DNA of 61,723 nt, filler included, from Choristocarpus tenellus KU-1152 (GCA_964200185.2; 9 parts of 9 records of this genome joined end to end with filler, not necessarily neighbours in it); one strand, 5' to 3'. Shown: positions 1 to 13,013, counted from the whole stretch's first letter. Numbers and translations are program-made. The notes: generated by a model not told the origin, from the letters alone.

Positions 1-245
1 ACCTTTGTCCCTGTAGGGAGCAGTTCCAGCATCTGCTAGTGCCCCTGCGTGAAACACCAGATCCATGCGAAGATTACGGTCCACAGTGAAAGGGCTACCA
101 TCCTCCGTAGTGCAAGGGATGCCCATCCCCTTGCATAGTTGGTGCAGGCGTTTCACCATTGGCGTGTGCTGCCGTACCTGTCCCCCTGCCCTGGGGAAGG
201 TACGGGAATGTCTGGTATCAACATGTTGCCTCCTGCACCCTGCCA
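1..245 (-). mobile_element. Fragment of an RLE-type (CRE/R2-like) non-LTR retrotransposon: zinc knuckle and start of the restriction-like endonuclease
   Basis: Minus strand reads TRHSRTFPRAGGQVRQHTPMVKRLHQLCKGMGIPCTTEDGSPFTVDRNLRMDLVFHAGALADAGTAPYRDKG. It is homologous to 38440-38660 and has the R-M-D motif of RLE domains. Confidence 0.75.
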
Positions 246-506
246 CTGAGCCACAATATTGAATTTTTATCCCCGATTGGACGCAGCTCTACCCTCTCAG
301 ATACTTCGACTCTTCTGTTCAAGATAAAAAGACTGACTAAGAGAGGCAGTGTATTTTGACCAAAGCCCTCTTATTATTTTCATCATCCACCCAATTTCAT
401 TGGTCTTGTACGCAACTGCTCTATACGTACTCCAATCATACACCTTAATTAAGCAACTTCTTAGGAACTTTGACATTTTCTTCTGTAAATGTTACATATG
501 CATTAT

Positions 507-764
507 GAGCCAAAGTATCTTAGAGGGTAGGGCTGCGTCCATTTGGGGGCCAAAACCCAAAGTTGAAATTTTGTATGTAATGTTGTCTATCGTGTTTGTT
601 AGTAAGTGCATATCCTTGTTCCGGACACACCCTTTCATAACGTATACATTTTACCTACTCCTGAACATTTTGGAGTAGGAAAATGTCATAATAAACCCCA
701 TGGGAAGCCAAGCCCCAAATGGACAAACTGGGCGAATCTCGTACCCTTTAAGATACTTTCACTC
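507..764 (+). mobile_element. MITE family A (258 bp), Sola2-like
   Basis: TIRs gagccaaagtatctta / taagatactttcactc; TSD TTAT at 503-506 and 765-768; absent from the paralogous site near 12550. Confidence 0.9.
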
Positions 765-1093
765 TTATCAATCTTACTCTGTATGTTCTACGAAATCAGC
801 ATTTATCTTGTAAGTCTACCTATGTGTTACTAGTATCGTATATTGTTCGCACTTGTTAGAACGCGGGAAACAATGCTCACACTCTTCGCCTGTCACAAAT
901 GTTCATGTTTGCTAACAGATGAGAAGAAATGCTCGTGCTATACGCCTGTAACAGTCGCACGTTAGACATGAACATAGGTGTAGAGCGTAGGTGTCTCTAT
1001 CCTTGAAGTATGGGCACTTGAGTTGGTAGAATAAGGGCTAAGAAATAGTCATTTTTTCAATACTTCACAAACGCTGTCTTGACGATCCAACCA

Positions 1094-1351
1094 GAGACAA
1101 ATTATCTTAGAGGGTAAGGCTGCGTCCATTTGGGGATGAAAATTCAATGTTGCCATCTTGATGTAATTTTAGCTATTGCGTTTGTTAGGAAGTGTCAATA
1201 TCTATGTTTTGGAAACACCTTTTCATAACATACACATTTTACCTACTCCGCAACATTTTGGAGTAGGAAAATGTCATAAATAACCCCATGGGATCCTAGC
1301 CCCAAATGGACTAACAGGGCAAAACTCATACCGTCAAAGATATTTTCACTC
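1094..1351 (+). mobile_element. MITE family A (258 bp), Sola2-like
   Basis: Homologous to 507-764; TSD ACCA at 1090-1093 and 1352-1355; the empty site in the right arm (about 12170-12185) has a single ACCA. Confidence 0.92.
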
Positions 1352-2049
1352 ACCACCCACACAACAATTTCACTAAAGGAGCCTGGGAGGAGTGAAAAGA
1401 GCGTTATACATGTAAGAACTTGAGTATTGCCTTGACCTCGGTAGTCGGCAGATAGAAGTGCAGAGAGGGGTAGTATGTATATGGCTATGTTCTGGGTACG
1501 TGGGTAACTGAGTTGGTTGGCTCAATGAGGGACAAGATAGATGCAATTTCTAATACTCTCAAACACTTTCATTTCTTTCCCCTAGGCGAGAAGGCATGGC
1601 AAGGCATCATGTAGAGGTGGGGATTAGCCTAGGGCTAGGAAATCAACAATGGGGAGTACAGATGGAACGATGCGAGGTGGAGATGATCATGAGGAACCAG
1701 TCAGCATCCTTATTGAGGAGAAATAGTAGAGAACCCGGGTAAAAAAAAGGGGAGCATGGCCTACACCAATTCAGGATTGAGAGAGCAACGAGGATGACAA
1801 ATATTAGAACACTCAAATCAGCTGGGCAGAAGGACTGGAAGTGGAATTTAGGGGAGGATTCATATTTCATCTGAGAGTTAACCAGAGGGGCTGGGTGTTG
1901 TAGGGCTTCGCCTATGAAGGCTTATCGCTGAGACCTACTTTTGGGTAGGCATACACCGACGACGTGAAGTAGACTGTCTTGTATTGTCTGCATCGTCCCG
2001 CCACCTGACGCACTTATTAAACTGACTCATCATACCGCTATGTACGATA

Positions 2050-2207
2050 CTAGTTCCTCGCCCTCGGGTGCAGGACTAAGCTAGGATGGAGACACAAGAG
2101 GATATAGAAAATGTCTTTCACATTTACAACTGTTACTTTTTCAAGTGTTGTGACATTTGAATGGTTCAATTGTTTTTTCACCTGACACGCCTCCAAAATG
2201 TCACACG
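2050..2207 (+). repeat. Short 3' UTR fragment of the RLE LINE family
   Basis: Shares gggtgcaggactaagctagg and caactgttactttttca blocks with 15045-15230 and 39058-39250. Confidence 0.7.
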
Positions 2208-3012
2208 CTACAACAATTACTATTATCTACTGTATTTGTTAAGGAGGGAGGGAGTTGTAAAAAGTATTCAAGGAAAGAGGCGGAGGGAATATTAGTCATA
2301 CTCGCACTACCCAACCCAACATTCAAAAATATTCAAAGAGAAAAAGGTAAGTGGAAAATTACTTTTGATTCCACAGCTATGAAAAAATATGGCAAAAAGA
2401 ATATACATTACCTTCGACCATTTGTTCTTTCTTCGCTCCACTCCTCCATATGATCAAATCCATGGTGTGGCTAGAATGTTTGTTGGTATGGGGTTGATCC
2501 TGAATGTATTCTATTGAGAATAATGACAGTGGAAGATATTTATGTAGTGGAGTACACTTTTTGACACAAGAATACCTATAACTACTACCACCACAACTAC
2601 TAATTTAAGACTACTACTATGTAGAAGCCAACATTGAAAAAATCCTTACGTTTCACCTAGATTCTATAATATTCTTTTCCTTTGATATTCTCTCCTCTTC
2701 TTCCAATCACAAAATTCAATTCATCCTTTCCATCCACTTCAATTCTATAGACTTTTTCAAAATTCGACATTCTTTCATACTCTTTACCTCATTTATTATT
2801 GGATCTGGTTGTTACTGTTTCGAATATCTACATCTGTGGATATTCCGATTTGAAGTTCTATTCGAATCCTACATAGGATCAAAAAAATATTTCGCACTAA
2901 ATCATCTACAAATGTCAGATGACACAAAAAGAAGTTATCCCATTGGAAATCTACGAATCATTATACTGTAGATTCTTGATCGGATTGTTTTTGTGATGAA
3001 CCAATAATACAA

Positions 3013-3110
3013 ACAGTACCTACCCCGATGTTATGCCAACTATTATGAACCAGATCGAAAAAATATGCGATTGTGTACCGCTGGGTGCACAAAATCGGGG
3101 TAGGTACTGT
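3013..3110. mobile_element. Mini TIR element (~98 bp)
   Basis: Perfect 17-bp inverted repeat acagtacctaccccgat (3013-3029) / atcggggtaggtactgt (3094-3110). Confidence 0.6.
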
Positions 3111-3448
3111 ACATACTATTAAGTGTAAGCTCTAAACTGTACACACCATCATCAGAAGATTATGTATTTCGGTCTTCTTCCCAATCAAGATAATCAGAAA
3201 GGCCTCACACATGAGAAAAACACTTATGAATCCTCCTATAAAGGGAGTTAGAATATCGATTTCCAGCATATACACAGACCACATACATACCGAATTATGT
3301 TTCGGGAAAGGAAGATGTCAATAATACAAATTTGAAACAACCTCAATACTTCACCCTCTAAACATATCTCAATCGCCCCCTACTGCTCATACCTCTTTCT
3401 CACTCAGTCATTCTCTTCTTGGAACGAGCAAGCAGTACTAAGGCCAAT

Positions 3449-3841
3449 ATGTCGACTCCACATATCCTGCGCCTCATCTTACTCGTCGTCTCGCTACTTG
3501 CGGCAGTTTCCAGCCCCAGTACAGTCTAAGAATCCAGTGTAGAGACGAGAGTGCAGCGTGGTCTACAGACGTGTGGCGCCGCGTGCAAAACGAAGCGCCA
3601 CCTAAGAAATGATGGGTCGAAGAGGAAGAAGACCTTCTTCTGCGATGACAGGTGTACATCGATGCAGGGTGATCCTCTGCTAGGAAGTGGTTGCGGTAAA
3701 AGCATTACAAACTGCCGTAAATGCTTTTTCAAGAAGGCTGCGCTGAAGAAGAAGGCCAAGAAGGGAAAGCACTTCCCAAAATGCTCTACCAAAGAGACTA
3801 TCAATAAGAGTAAACCCTACGTACGCCGTCTCTTGGACTAA
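3449..3841 (+). pseudogene. Secreted Cys-rich cationic peptide, copy with a nonsense codon
   Basis: ATG at 3449 gives MSTPHILRLILLVVSLLAAVSSPSTV then TAA at 3527-3529 (CAA in the paralog). The frame continues to TAA at 3841 with all 8 Cys retained. Confidence 0.85.
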
Positions 3842-6800
3842 GAGGAGACGGTTTTGAGCACCTTCCTTGTTTCTGATTAGGTATGTTTGGTATTGGGGTG
3901 TACTAAATTGGGATAATCTAGTATTTTAGGATGCCCTGATTATTGTCACTTCGCCTTTGTATACATTAGAGCGTCAGTACGGACCTTTCAATCCCTGCTC
4001 GCTACACAGAGCTAGGTATGCATGAATGATGTGAAAGGAAACGTGGGTGGACACCCTTGTCTGCCTGCGGTGAACCTGCTTGGATACGACACAGCTGTTC
4101 GTGCAACAAAATCGTTTCTGTTTAATCTTCTCCCGCTTCCATACACAACAACCCGCTGACAGGAACGCAATTTAGAATGAGAGACGTCTGTGGCCCTTGG
4201 TGAAATTTCTCTTGATAATACTGTGCTTGTTCCATGTTTTCTTTGCTTGTCTTCTGAAGTCAACGGTCATTGAGTTTTCTGATGAACAACAAACGAAACG
4301 TGGCTTTTCTCAGGACCGAACAGCTGCTGTACGATGACTTCTTTGAATGCGCTAGCTTCCAGCTATCTTGGTCCTTGGTTTGGCCCCTTTGTCTCCGACT
4401 CAGGGCGCACAGTTTGCGTTAGTGAGGTATTGTTGTCGTAGGAGGAAAACAATGAGCATCGTGGGGTTGATATCCCCTTCTTCTTGCATCTTACTTAGTG
4501 ACTTCGGTAATTCGACGAGATAACCTGCTTGGTTGGTCTTGATTTCTGTTGCCGAATTCGAAGGTAGGAGGGTAGGAATATAGCAAAACATCAATTCGTA
4601 CCACAAAAGGCGTCAAGGTGAACTTGTAAGATGCTGTCGCTGTATCATAGGTCTGTTTGAAGGTTAGCGCATAGACAGGTTGGAGAACGAGTTGAGGTTG
4701 TGTTATTTTGACTGTCTCTTTCTTACTTGTCGAGTTTGTTTACAGCAGTCGTGATGCGTGATGGCACTGTGCTTCAAAAAGATACTTCCACAGCCCGAGT
4801 GGATGCCGATGTGGTAAACTCTTGTAGAACTTGATCACCGCTTTTGCGCCTATTTTGGTCTCAGGTAGTTGGAACTACGGGTACTACATGGTTGTGCTAC
4901 TGTCAGTTGTATATTGGCAAAGATACAACTGACTTGTATGTAAAAAATAATATATACTCATATAGAAATTTTTTGTTAATGATACTCAATCAAAGCTTGG
5001 GCGTACCATACCACTGGTTGTATGGATCTAAGCTTAGAAAACTGAAGCTATACTAGTTTTGTTTGTGCTCTTTCCAGACGACACACCACTCCTCTTTATA
5101 CCTAAGATCTTCCTTAAGTGTGAATCCATGACCCGCTCAAGAAAAATCGAAGAACGTATGGCAGAGGGGTCGATTGTGATGTTGAAACAAGAATAATATA
5201 TATTTTATATATGTAAATATATTTTCATCACGTGCCCCAAAGCACAGTTCAGCTGTGGTAAGAGGAGAGTAGCTGCACGTCCAAGAGAATCAACACCGTA
5301 TGATATCTGTATTGATTTTGACTCAACAATAATCAATTATTTGAAATTGTCTATTGCTAGATGTAAGGCGCTGGATGTTTGTATCTGCCTGTGTCCTACA
5401 CACTCCCTCTCTCTCCAACCACTTGCTTGTCAAAGGATATAAAGGGTCTAGTTATCCCAGAGTAAGATATATTTCATGCAGTCTGGCAAAACGTGGGCCT
5501 ATTATGTGATGATGCCACTGTCGTTGATGTTGGTCAATAATTTGTTAAAGTATCCCCAAAATCATCAAAGAGGGTAAAGGTGATAAACCCGGCGAGATTG
5601 CTTGGTGTCTGNNNNNNNNNTGGTGTCTGTAGAGTGATTTATTAAATTTAGGTGGGGCATGCAAGCCCCCATACAATCAGAAATATTTCCTTTATATGAG
5701 AAAGATTCTCCTTCAATTAATCACTAGTAAAAGGTTCTGATAACTCAACCACTAATTGATTGTTCCGTTACTCTGTAACTGTCAGCGTAACTGTCCGATA
5801 GAGTTGGAAGAGTCTAATCGAATATAATTCCCTTTTTGCCACGCTGAAGCTGAAAGTGCACACATGGGCGGCTTTTATTTATTGATCATCGCGGATTAGT
5901 CCGATGCAATGATGCTCAAACGTTTGACAGGTATTGTCGTGGAAGAAAAAGCAACAAAAACGGTTAGAATATGCCTCAACGTGTAGTTGTTGAAAAGAGA
6001 GACAGTACCAAAAGAGAAATTCAAATGCAACAAGACCAGACTAACAAAATAGCTTAGATTAAAGAATTGGATCATTACGCGATATCTTTAAGAGGAAGAA
6101 ATGTATGCTCAAAGAACGATATTTTGAAGAAGCGTGGAGGGATCAGCAATCGAAATCCACATCGCAAATAAACCGACAGGTGTGACCTCCACCATCTCGG
6201 ATCACAATAAGTTCAACTCAAGACATGAATCCCCTAACGGACTATTTCTCTCTCTCTCCTCTCTCTCTACTCGTATGCATGCCCCCATATTGTCCGATAT
6301 ACACCTCTAGTATCAACACCCATAGAAAATCGGTTGTTTAAAAAATATCACCTTTCTTGTCATGCTATCTTCACGTGTACTTGGATCATTGACCAAGCGT
6401 CTACTACAACAATAACGATCTTTTGCGCCCCCCCTCCCCTGTCAAGCAGTGAAAAAAAAGTTGACTGAATGGAGCTATCGGTATTGTATCATTGGTGTAA
6501 ATAAATTTAGGCAGAATAGGGAGGAGGAAGTACTCAAAAGGTTAATCCCATTACCAATACCTTCAATGAACCATAACCCTTAAATCTGTTCGAATGTTGC
6601 TGCATGATGTTCTTCTGCATATGTGGAGGTGTAAAGCGTGCCTGGGTGTCAATGCACGGAGAAATGGCCAATCCTTGGCAATACTATTCCACCAGTCTTT
6701 ATAGCTGAGAAAGAATCTTCTTCCACCTGGTCACCGCCACTCTCACAATCATTTCAAAACTCACCAGTTCCCACTTATAATATTATATATTCAAGTTGTT

Positions 6801-7435
6801 GATATGACAACAGAATACTAAAGTGGTCCACACTTTGTTCTTGCAACAATTTCACAATCACCACTATAAAATCATACAATTCAAGACCGGGTATCTTCAT
6901 CATGCTCTCCTCTCTCTGCATCTCTAATTGGACAACATTTCTAACTTTAAGGAAACGTCAAAATATATACAAATGGAAACATGAAAAATTGAATATCTAT
7001 AAAACAATCCCCCTCGATGAGTCCTACTACAAAATAGTCGAGGAGAATTTTCTTTAAATCAAATAGCAAAAAATCCCACTGTGGTGTCGGTGGTAATAAA
7101 AATAATAGACATAGTAATAGCTACTTAGAGGTGTACACCTCAGTATGTTCTATATCCATTTTGGAAAAAAATGAAAACCTAACCCTAACCCTAGCCACCC
7201 TACCTTCACATTACAAATACAAGGAACGCAAGCAAGCACGACTGCTCTCCTAACGCCTTCATAATCTTACAGAACCCCTACATTCACATCTCAGCACGAT
7301 TGCCGCTCTTATCACAACCACAGAATCCCGAGGCCAACCAAACAACCGTCTAACCTAATCCTAATCCTAACCCTCCTAACTCTGAGCAAGCAGGAACAGT
7401 ATTGAAGACTGAGAAATATGTACATACAGACACAA

Positions 7436-7438
<3 letters not shown>

Positions 7439-7476
<38 letters not shown>
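7439..7476. repeat. (TG)n microsatellite
   Basis: Direct observation. Confidence 0.95.
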
Positions 7477-7479
<3 letters not shown>

Positions 7480-8110
7480 CACCTCAACCTCTCTGTCCCC
7501 AATTGAGAGAGAAATGCTTTTTGAGGGCAGAGTGGCTGCAGTTAGGCAACAACAAGAGCATGCTGAGCACAGCAACCTGGATACCAAGGTGCAGTTGGTT
7601 AGGGAGGAAGGCAATCCCATTAATGTGGTAGAAGACCGGTAGCAAGTGGGCGACACAGGTGTACAGGTGTGGCCACCAAAAAGGAGGAGAAGGCCCGCAA
7701 GAAATGCTCCAACCTCACATTCAATTCTAAGGTAACTGGTATCCTTGATCATGCAGCAACCTTGTCCACACAAGACAGAGCAAAGCACCTTCTGCACTGC
7801 CAGCTAACACATAGTCAGAGAGTGACGCTGTCCAATCAAATCAACCCTACGTTAACTCGATGAAAATTTGCCTGCAATGCTTCAACGTGTACAAGAAGAT
7901 GCTGCTGACTGTGCTGCAACAGCCTTTTTTGCATTGAAACATTGCGGCGAAACTCTATCGAGTTGGTGTAGTGTGTATGGGATCAGGTCTTACAACAGCT
8001 TGTCTGCATTGAAGCATTTCAGTGAAATTTTATTCTGTTGGCTTGGTGTTGATCGGATTGGATAGCCCTCTGGCTGTGTCTTAGCAAACAGTACGTGAGC
8101 GTTGTCTAGT

Positions 8111-8295
8111 GACCCAAAGTATCTGGGGGGGGGGGGGGGATCTACACCAGGGTGTCCATTTGGACCAAAACCAGGAAAAGTGCACTTTCATTATCCATTC
8201 AAACGTATGGAACCAAATATCATCAAAACCTCGCGACATGAAGAAATTGGCCCCAAATGGACAGCCACCACCCCCCCCCCCAGATACTTTGAGCC
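8111..8295 (+). mobile_element. MITE family B (~185 bp, poly-G/poly-C subtermini)
   Basis: TIR gacccaaagtatctg(G)n / (C)ncagatactttgagcc; internal ccatttgg/ccaaatgg motif shared with family A. Confidence 0.88.
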
Positions 8296-8411
8296 AGTTC
8301 TCTCTTCTGGTGAACTAGGTTGCACGTCCAAGGATACCAGTGATCCATGACTCGAATGCAAAATTGGAGAGTCCTTACACGCCTTCGTGGCCTCACATGC
8401 ATATGACAGCA

Positions 8412-11400
8412 TATAATCAATTATTGTGAGTCAAACGCAATACAGATATCATACAGTGTTGATTCTCTTGGACGTATACCTTCTCTCCTCTTGCCACAGC
8501 TGAATGGTGCTTCTGGGCACATGACGAAAAATACATTTATTGATAGTATACTTGTTTCAACATCACAATCGACCCCTCTGCCATACGTTCTTCGATTTTT
8601 CTTGAGCGGGTCATGGATTCACACTTAAGGAAGACCTTAATTGTATAGAGAAGTGGTGTATCGTCTGGAAAGAGCACAAACAAAACTAGTATAGCTCCAG
8701 TTTTCTAAGCTTAGACCCATACAACCAGTGGCATGGCACGCCCAAGCTTTGATTGAGTATCATTAGTACAAAATTTCTATATGAGTATATATTATTTTTT
8801 ACATACAAGGCAGTTGTCTCTTTGCCAATATTCAACTGACAGTAACACAACCATGTAGTACCCGTAGTTCCAACCACCAGAGACCAAAATAGGCGCAAAA
8901 GCGGGGATCAAGTTCTACAAGAGTTTACCACATCGGCATCCACTCGGGCTGCTGAAGTATCATTTTGAAGCACAGTGCCATCACACATCACGACTGCTGT
9001 ACACAAACTCGACAAGTAAGAAAGAGACCGTCAAAATAACACAACCTCAACTCGTTCTCCAACCTGTCTATGCGCTAACCTTCAAACAGGATTATGATAC
9101 AGCGACAGCATCTTACAAGTTCACCTTGACGCCTTTTGTGGTACGAATTGATGTTTTGCTATATTCCTACCCTCCTACCTTCGAATTCGGCAACAGAAAT
9201 CAAGACCAACCAAACAGGTTATCTCGTCGAATTACCGAAGTCACTAAGTAAGATGCAAGAAGAAGGGGATATCAACCCCACGATGCTCATTGTTTTCCTC
9301 CTACGACAACAATACCTCACTAACGCAAAATGTGCGCCCTGAGTCGGAGACAAAGGGACCAAACCAAGGACCAAACCAAGGACCAAACCAAGGACCAAGA
9401 TAGCTGGAAGAGCGCATCCAAAGAAGTCATCGTACAGCAGCTGTTCGGTCCTGAGAAAAGCCACGTTTCGTTTGTTGTTCGTCAGAAAACTCAATGACCG
9501 TTGACTTCAGAAGACAAGCAAAGAAACATGGAACAAGCACAGTATTATCAAGAGAAATTTCACCAAAGGCCACAGACATCTCTCATTCTAAATTGCGTTC
9601 CTGTCAGCAGGTTGTGTAAGAAAGAGGGAGAAGAACGAAGACAAATCATTTTGTTGCACTAATAGCTGTGACGAGTCTGCAAGTAGGTTCGCCGTAGGCA
9701 GACAAGGGTGTCCACCCACGTTTCCTTTCACATCATTCATGCATACCTAGCTCTGTGCAGTGAGCAGGGGTTGAAAGGTTTGTACCGACGTTTTTATGTA
9801 TAGGTGAAGTGACAATAATCAGGGCATCCTAAAATACTAGATTATCCCAATTCAGTACACCCCAATACCAAACATACCTGATCAGAAATAACGAAGGTGC
9901 TCAAAACCGTCTCCTCTTAGTCCAAGAGACGGCGTGCGTAGGGTCCACTCTTATTGATAGTCTCTCCGGTAGAGCATTTTGGGAAGTGCTTTCCCTTCTT
10001 GGCCTTCTTCTTCAGTGCAGCCTTCTTGAAGAAGCATTTACGGCAGTTTGTAATGCCTTTGCTACCGCAACCACTTCCAAGCAGAGGATTACCCTGCATC
10101 GATGTACACCTGTCGTCGCAGAAGAAGGTCTTCTTCCTCTTCGACCCATCATTTTTTAGCTGGGGCTTCGTTTTGCACGCGGTGCCACACGTCTGCAGAC
10201 CACGCTGCACTCTCGTCTCTACATTGGATTCTTGGACTGCACTGGCGCTGGAAACGGCCGCAAGTAGCGAGACAACCAGTAAGACGATGCGCAGGATTCG
10301 TGAAGTCGACATATTGGCCCTCGCACTGCTTGCTCGTTCCAAGAAGAGAATGACTGAGTGAGGAAGAGGTATGAGCAGTAGGGGGCGATTGAGATATGCT
10401 TAGAGGGTGAAGTACTGAGGTTGTTTCAAGTTTGTATTTTTGACATCTTCCTTTCCCGAAATATATTTGATAAATATTCATGTGGTCAGTGTAAGTGCTG
10501 GAAAATCGACATTCTAACACCCTTTATCCGAGGATTCATAAGCGTTTTTTTTTTATGTGTGAGGCCTTTCTGATTATTTTGATGGGGAAGAAAACCGAAA
10601 TACATAATCTTCTGATGATAGTGTGTACAGTTTAGAGCTTACACTTAATAGTATGTATAGTACCTACCCCGATTTTGTGCACCCATGGGCATGCCCGAAA
10701 AAAGCGGCACAGAATTGATGTGGTACAATATCGTTTTTGTAGTAATTAGGGTTAGGGTTAGCTGGGAATCAATCGTTGAAGCAACTGATCAATCGTGGTG
10801 AGGTGGGAAATCAATCGTCGAGAATATGAATGGAAAAGATGAATTGAATTTTGTGAGTGGAAGAAGAGGAGAGAATATATCAAAGGAAAATAATATTATA
10901 GAATCTAGGTGAAACGTAAGAATATTTTCAATATTGACTTCTACATAGTAGTAGTAGTTTAGATTAGTAGTTGTGGTGGTAGTAGCTTACAGGTATTCTT
11001 GTGTCAAAAAGTGTATCTCCACTACATAAATATCTTCCACTGTCATTATTCTCAATAGAATATATTCAGGATCAACCCAACACCAACAAATATTTTAGCC
11101 ACACCATGGATTTGATCATATTGAGGAGTGGAGCGAAGAACAAATGGTCGAAGGTAATGTATATTCTTTTTGCGATATTTTTTCACAGCTGTGGAATCAA
11201 AACTAATTCTCCACTTGCCTTTTTCTTTTTGGATACTTTTGAATGTTGGGTTGGGTATTGCGAGTATGACTAATTTTCCCTCCGCCTCTTTCCTTGAATC
11301 CCTTTTACTACTCCCTCCCTCCTTAACAAATACAGTAGATAATAGTATATTTATTACTGTAGCGTGTGACATTTTGGAGACGCATTTTCTATATCCTCCT

Positions 11401-12734
11401 GAGTCTCCATCCTAGCTTAGTGCTGCACCCGAGGGCGAGGAACTAGCATCGTACATAGCGGTATGATGAGTCAGTTTAACAAGTGCGTCAGGTGACGGAG
11501 CGATGCAGACAATACAAGAGAATCTACCTCACGTCGTCAGTGTATGCCTACCCAACGGTAGGTCTCAGCGATAAGCCTTCATAGGCAAAGCCTTTCAACA
11601 CCCAGGCCCTCTGGTTAACTCTCAGATGAAATATGAAAACTCCCCTAAATTTCATCTCCACTCCTTCTGCCCAACTGATTTGAGAGTCCTAATAGTTGTC
11701 ATCCTCGTTGCTCGCTCCATCCTGAATTGGTGTAGACCATGCTCCACTGTTTTTTGCCTGGGTTCTCTACTATTTCTCCTCAATAAGGATGCTGACTGGT
11801 TCCTCGCGATCATCTCCACCTCGCATCGTTCCATCTGTACTCCCCATCGTAGATTTCCTAGTCCTAGGCTAGTCCCCACCTCTACATGGTGCCTTGCCAT
11901 ACCTTCTCGCCCAGGGGAAAGAAATGGAAGTGTTTGTGGGCAGTTGGAAGTTCAATGGAGTAATTGCGGAGTATTAGAAATTGCATCTATTTTGTCCCCC
12001 ATTGAGCCAACCAACTTAGTTACCCACATACCCAGACCAGAGTCACATACATACTACCCCTCTCTGCACTCCTATCTACCGACTACCGGGGTCAAGGCAA
12101 ATACTCAAGTTCTTACATGTACAAACGCTCTTTTCACTGCTCCCAGGATCCTCTAGTGAAGGTGTTGTGTGGGTGGTTGGATCGTCAAGACAGCGTTTGT
12201 GAAGTATTGAAAAAATTACTATCTCTTAGCCCTTATTCTATCAACTCAAGTGCCCATACTTCAAGGATAGAGACACCTACGCTCTACGCTATGTTCACCT
12301 CTAACGTGCGACTGTTACAGGTGAATAGCGCGAGCATTTCTTCTTGTGTCCTAACAAAATGCGAGCATTTGTGACAGGCGAATAGTGCGAGCATTTCTTC
12401 TCATGCAGACATGAACATTTGTGACTGGCGAATAGTGCAAGCATCGTTTCTCGCGTTCTAACAAGTGCGTACAATATACGAGATTAGTAACACATAGGTA
12501 GCCCTACAGAATAAATGCTGATTTCGTAGAACATACAGAATAAGATTCGTAATGCATACGTAACATTACAGAAGAAAATATCAAAGTTCCTAAGAAGTTC
12601 CTCAATAAAGGTGTATGATTGGAGTACCTATAGACAGATGCATAGAAGACCGAAGAAATCGGGTGGATGATGAAAATAATAAGAGGGCTTTGGTCAAAAT
12701 CCTCTACCTCTCTTAGCCAGTCTTTTTATATCTT
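8412..12734 (-). repeat. Right arm of the large inverted duplication
   Basis: Reverse complement of 321-5341, lacking the two family A MITEs and with its own indels (e.g. triplicated ggaccaaaccaa at about 9356-9400). Confidence 0.95.
9917..10312 (-). CDS. Secreted Cys-rich, Lys-rich small protein (131 aa), intronless
   Basis: MSTSRILRIVLLVVSLLAAVSSASA is a typical signal peptide, followed by a short pro-segment ending RGLQ, a domain with 8 Cys and about 18 Lys, and a C-terminal RRLLD. The frame is conserved in the paralog. Confidence 0.8.
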   Translation of the reverse strand: MSTSRILRIVLLVVSLLAAVSSASAVQESNVETRVQRGLQTCGTACKTKPQLKNDGSKRKKTFFCDDRCTSMQGNPLLGSGCGSKGITNCRKCFFKKAALKKKAKKGKHFPKCSTGETINKSGPYARRLLD

Positions 12735-13013
12735 TCTTGTCCGACCATCCCTTGATCATCATGGTGCCCCACAACTGCGCCATACATCTATGCTTGCTTT
12801 CACCATCATATACACAAATTATACAGTACTGCTTATTATATGGACCTCTAGAGTACTTACTACCTATCTATCATCTCACCTAGCGGCCCATGTTCACCTA
12901 CATGTACGTAGAAGGGATACTGTGGGAGATTTATATATATTTTTTTCTTATCGTTTTTGCTACAGGTGGCAACACNNNNNNNNCCGTCTATATAAAATTG
13001 CTCACAATCAGGA

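Larger units (their letters stand above)
321..5341 (+). repeat. Left arm of a large inverted duplication (partner 8412-12734)
   Basis: Colinear reverse-complement homology along the arm, e.g. ORF pairs 4400-4606(-)/9136-9342(+), 4844-5056(+)/8686-8898(-), 1643-1870(-)/11626-(+), 2157-2453(+)/11052-11372(-). Confidence 0.95.

Noticed and set aside
1910-1950. Hammerhead-ribozyme-like string gcctatgaaggcttatcgctgagacc...ggtaggc; also ctgacga...gaaac at about 57574-57598 and ctgatga...gaaac at about 4279-4300
   Set aside because: Core bases are mutated in both arms, or stems I/II cannot pair; it would need an Infernal hit or an intact copy.
3527-3529. TAA aligned to Gln as a sign of an alternative genetic code
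   Set aside because: TAA is used as a true stop in ubiquilin and in the peptide gene; a single C>T change explains it.
5545-5598. About 55-bp match to 23984-24038 (inverted)
   Set aside because: A short dispersed repeat near assembly breaks; no structure could be defined.
6480-6960. Possible Tc1/IS630 transposase relic in the palindrome spacer (VLVMG...LPPPYS on the minus strand)
   Set aside because: Only two short partial motifs among many stops; not supportable without a profile search.
8865-9251. About 125-codon open frame in the right arm, and other ORFs conserved between arms
   Set aside because: No start codon, the left-arm copy has a stop, no recognisable domain; conservation just reflects the duplication.
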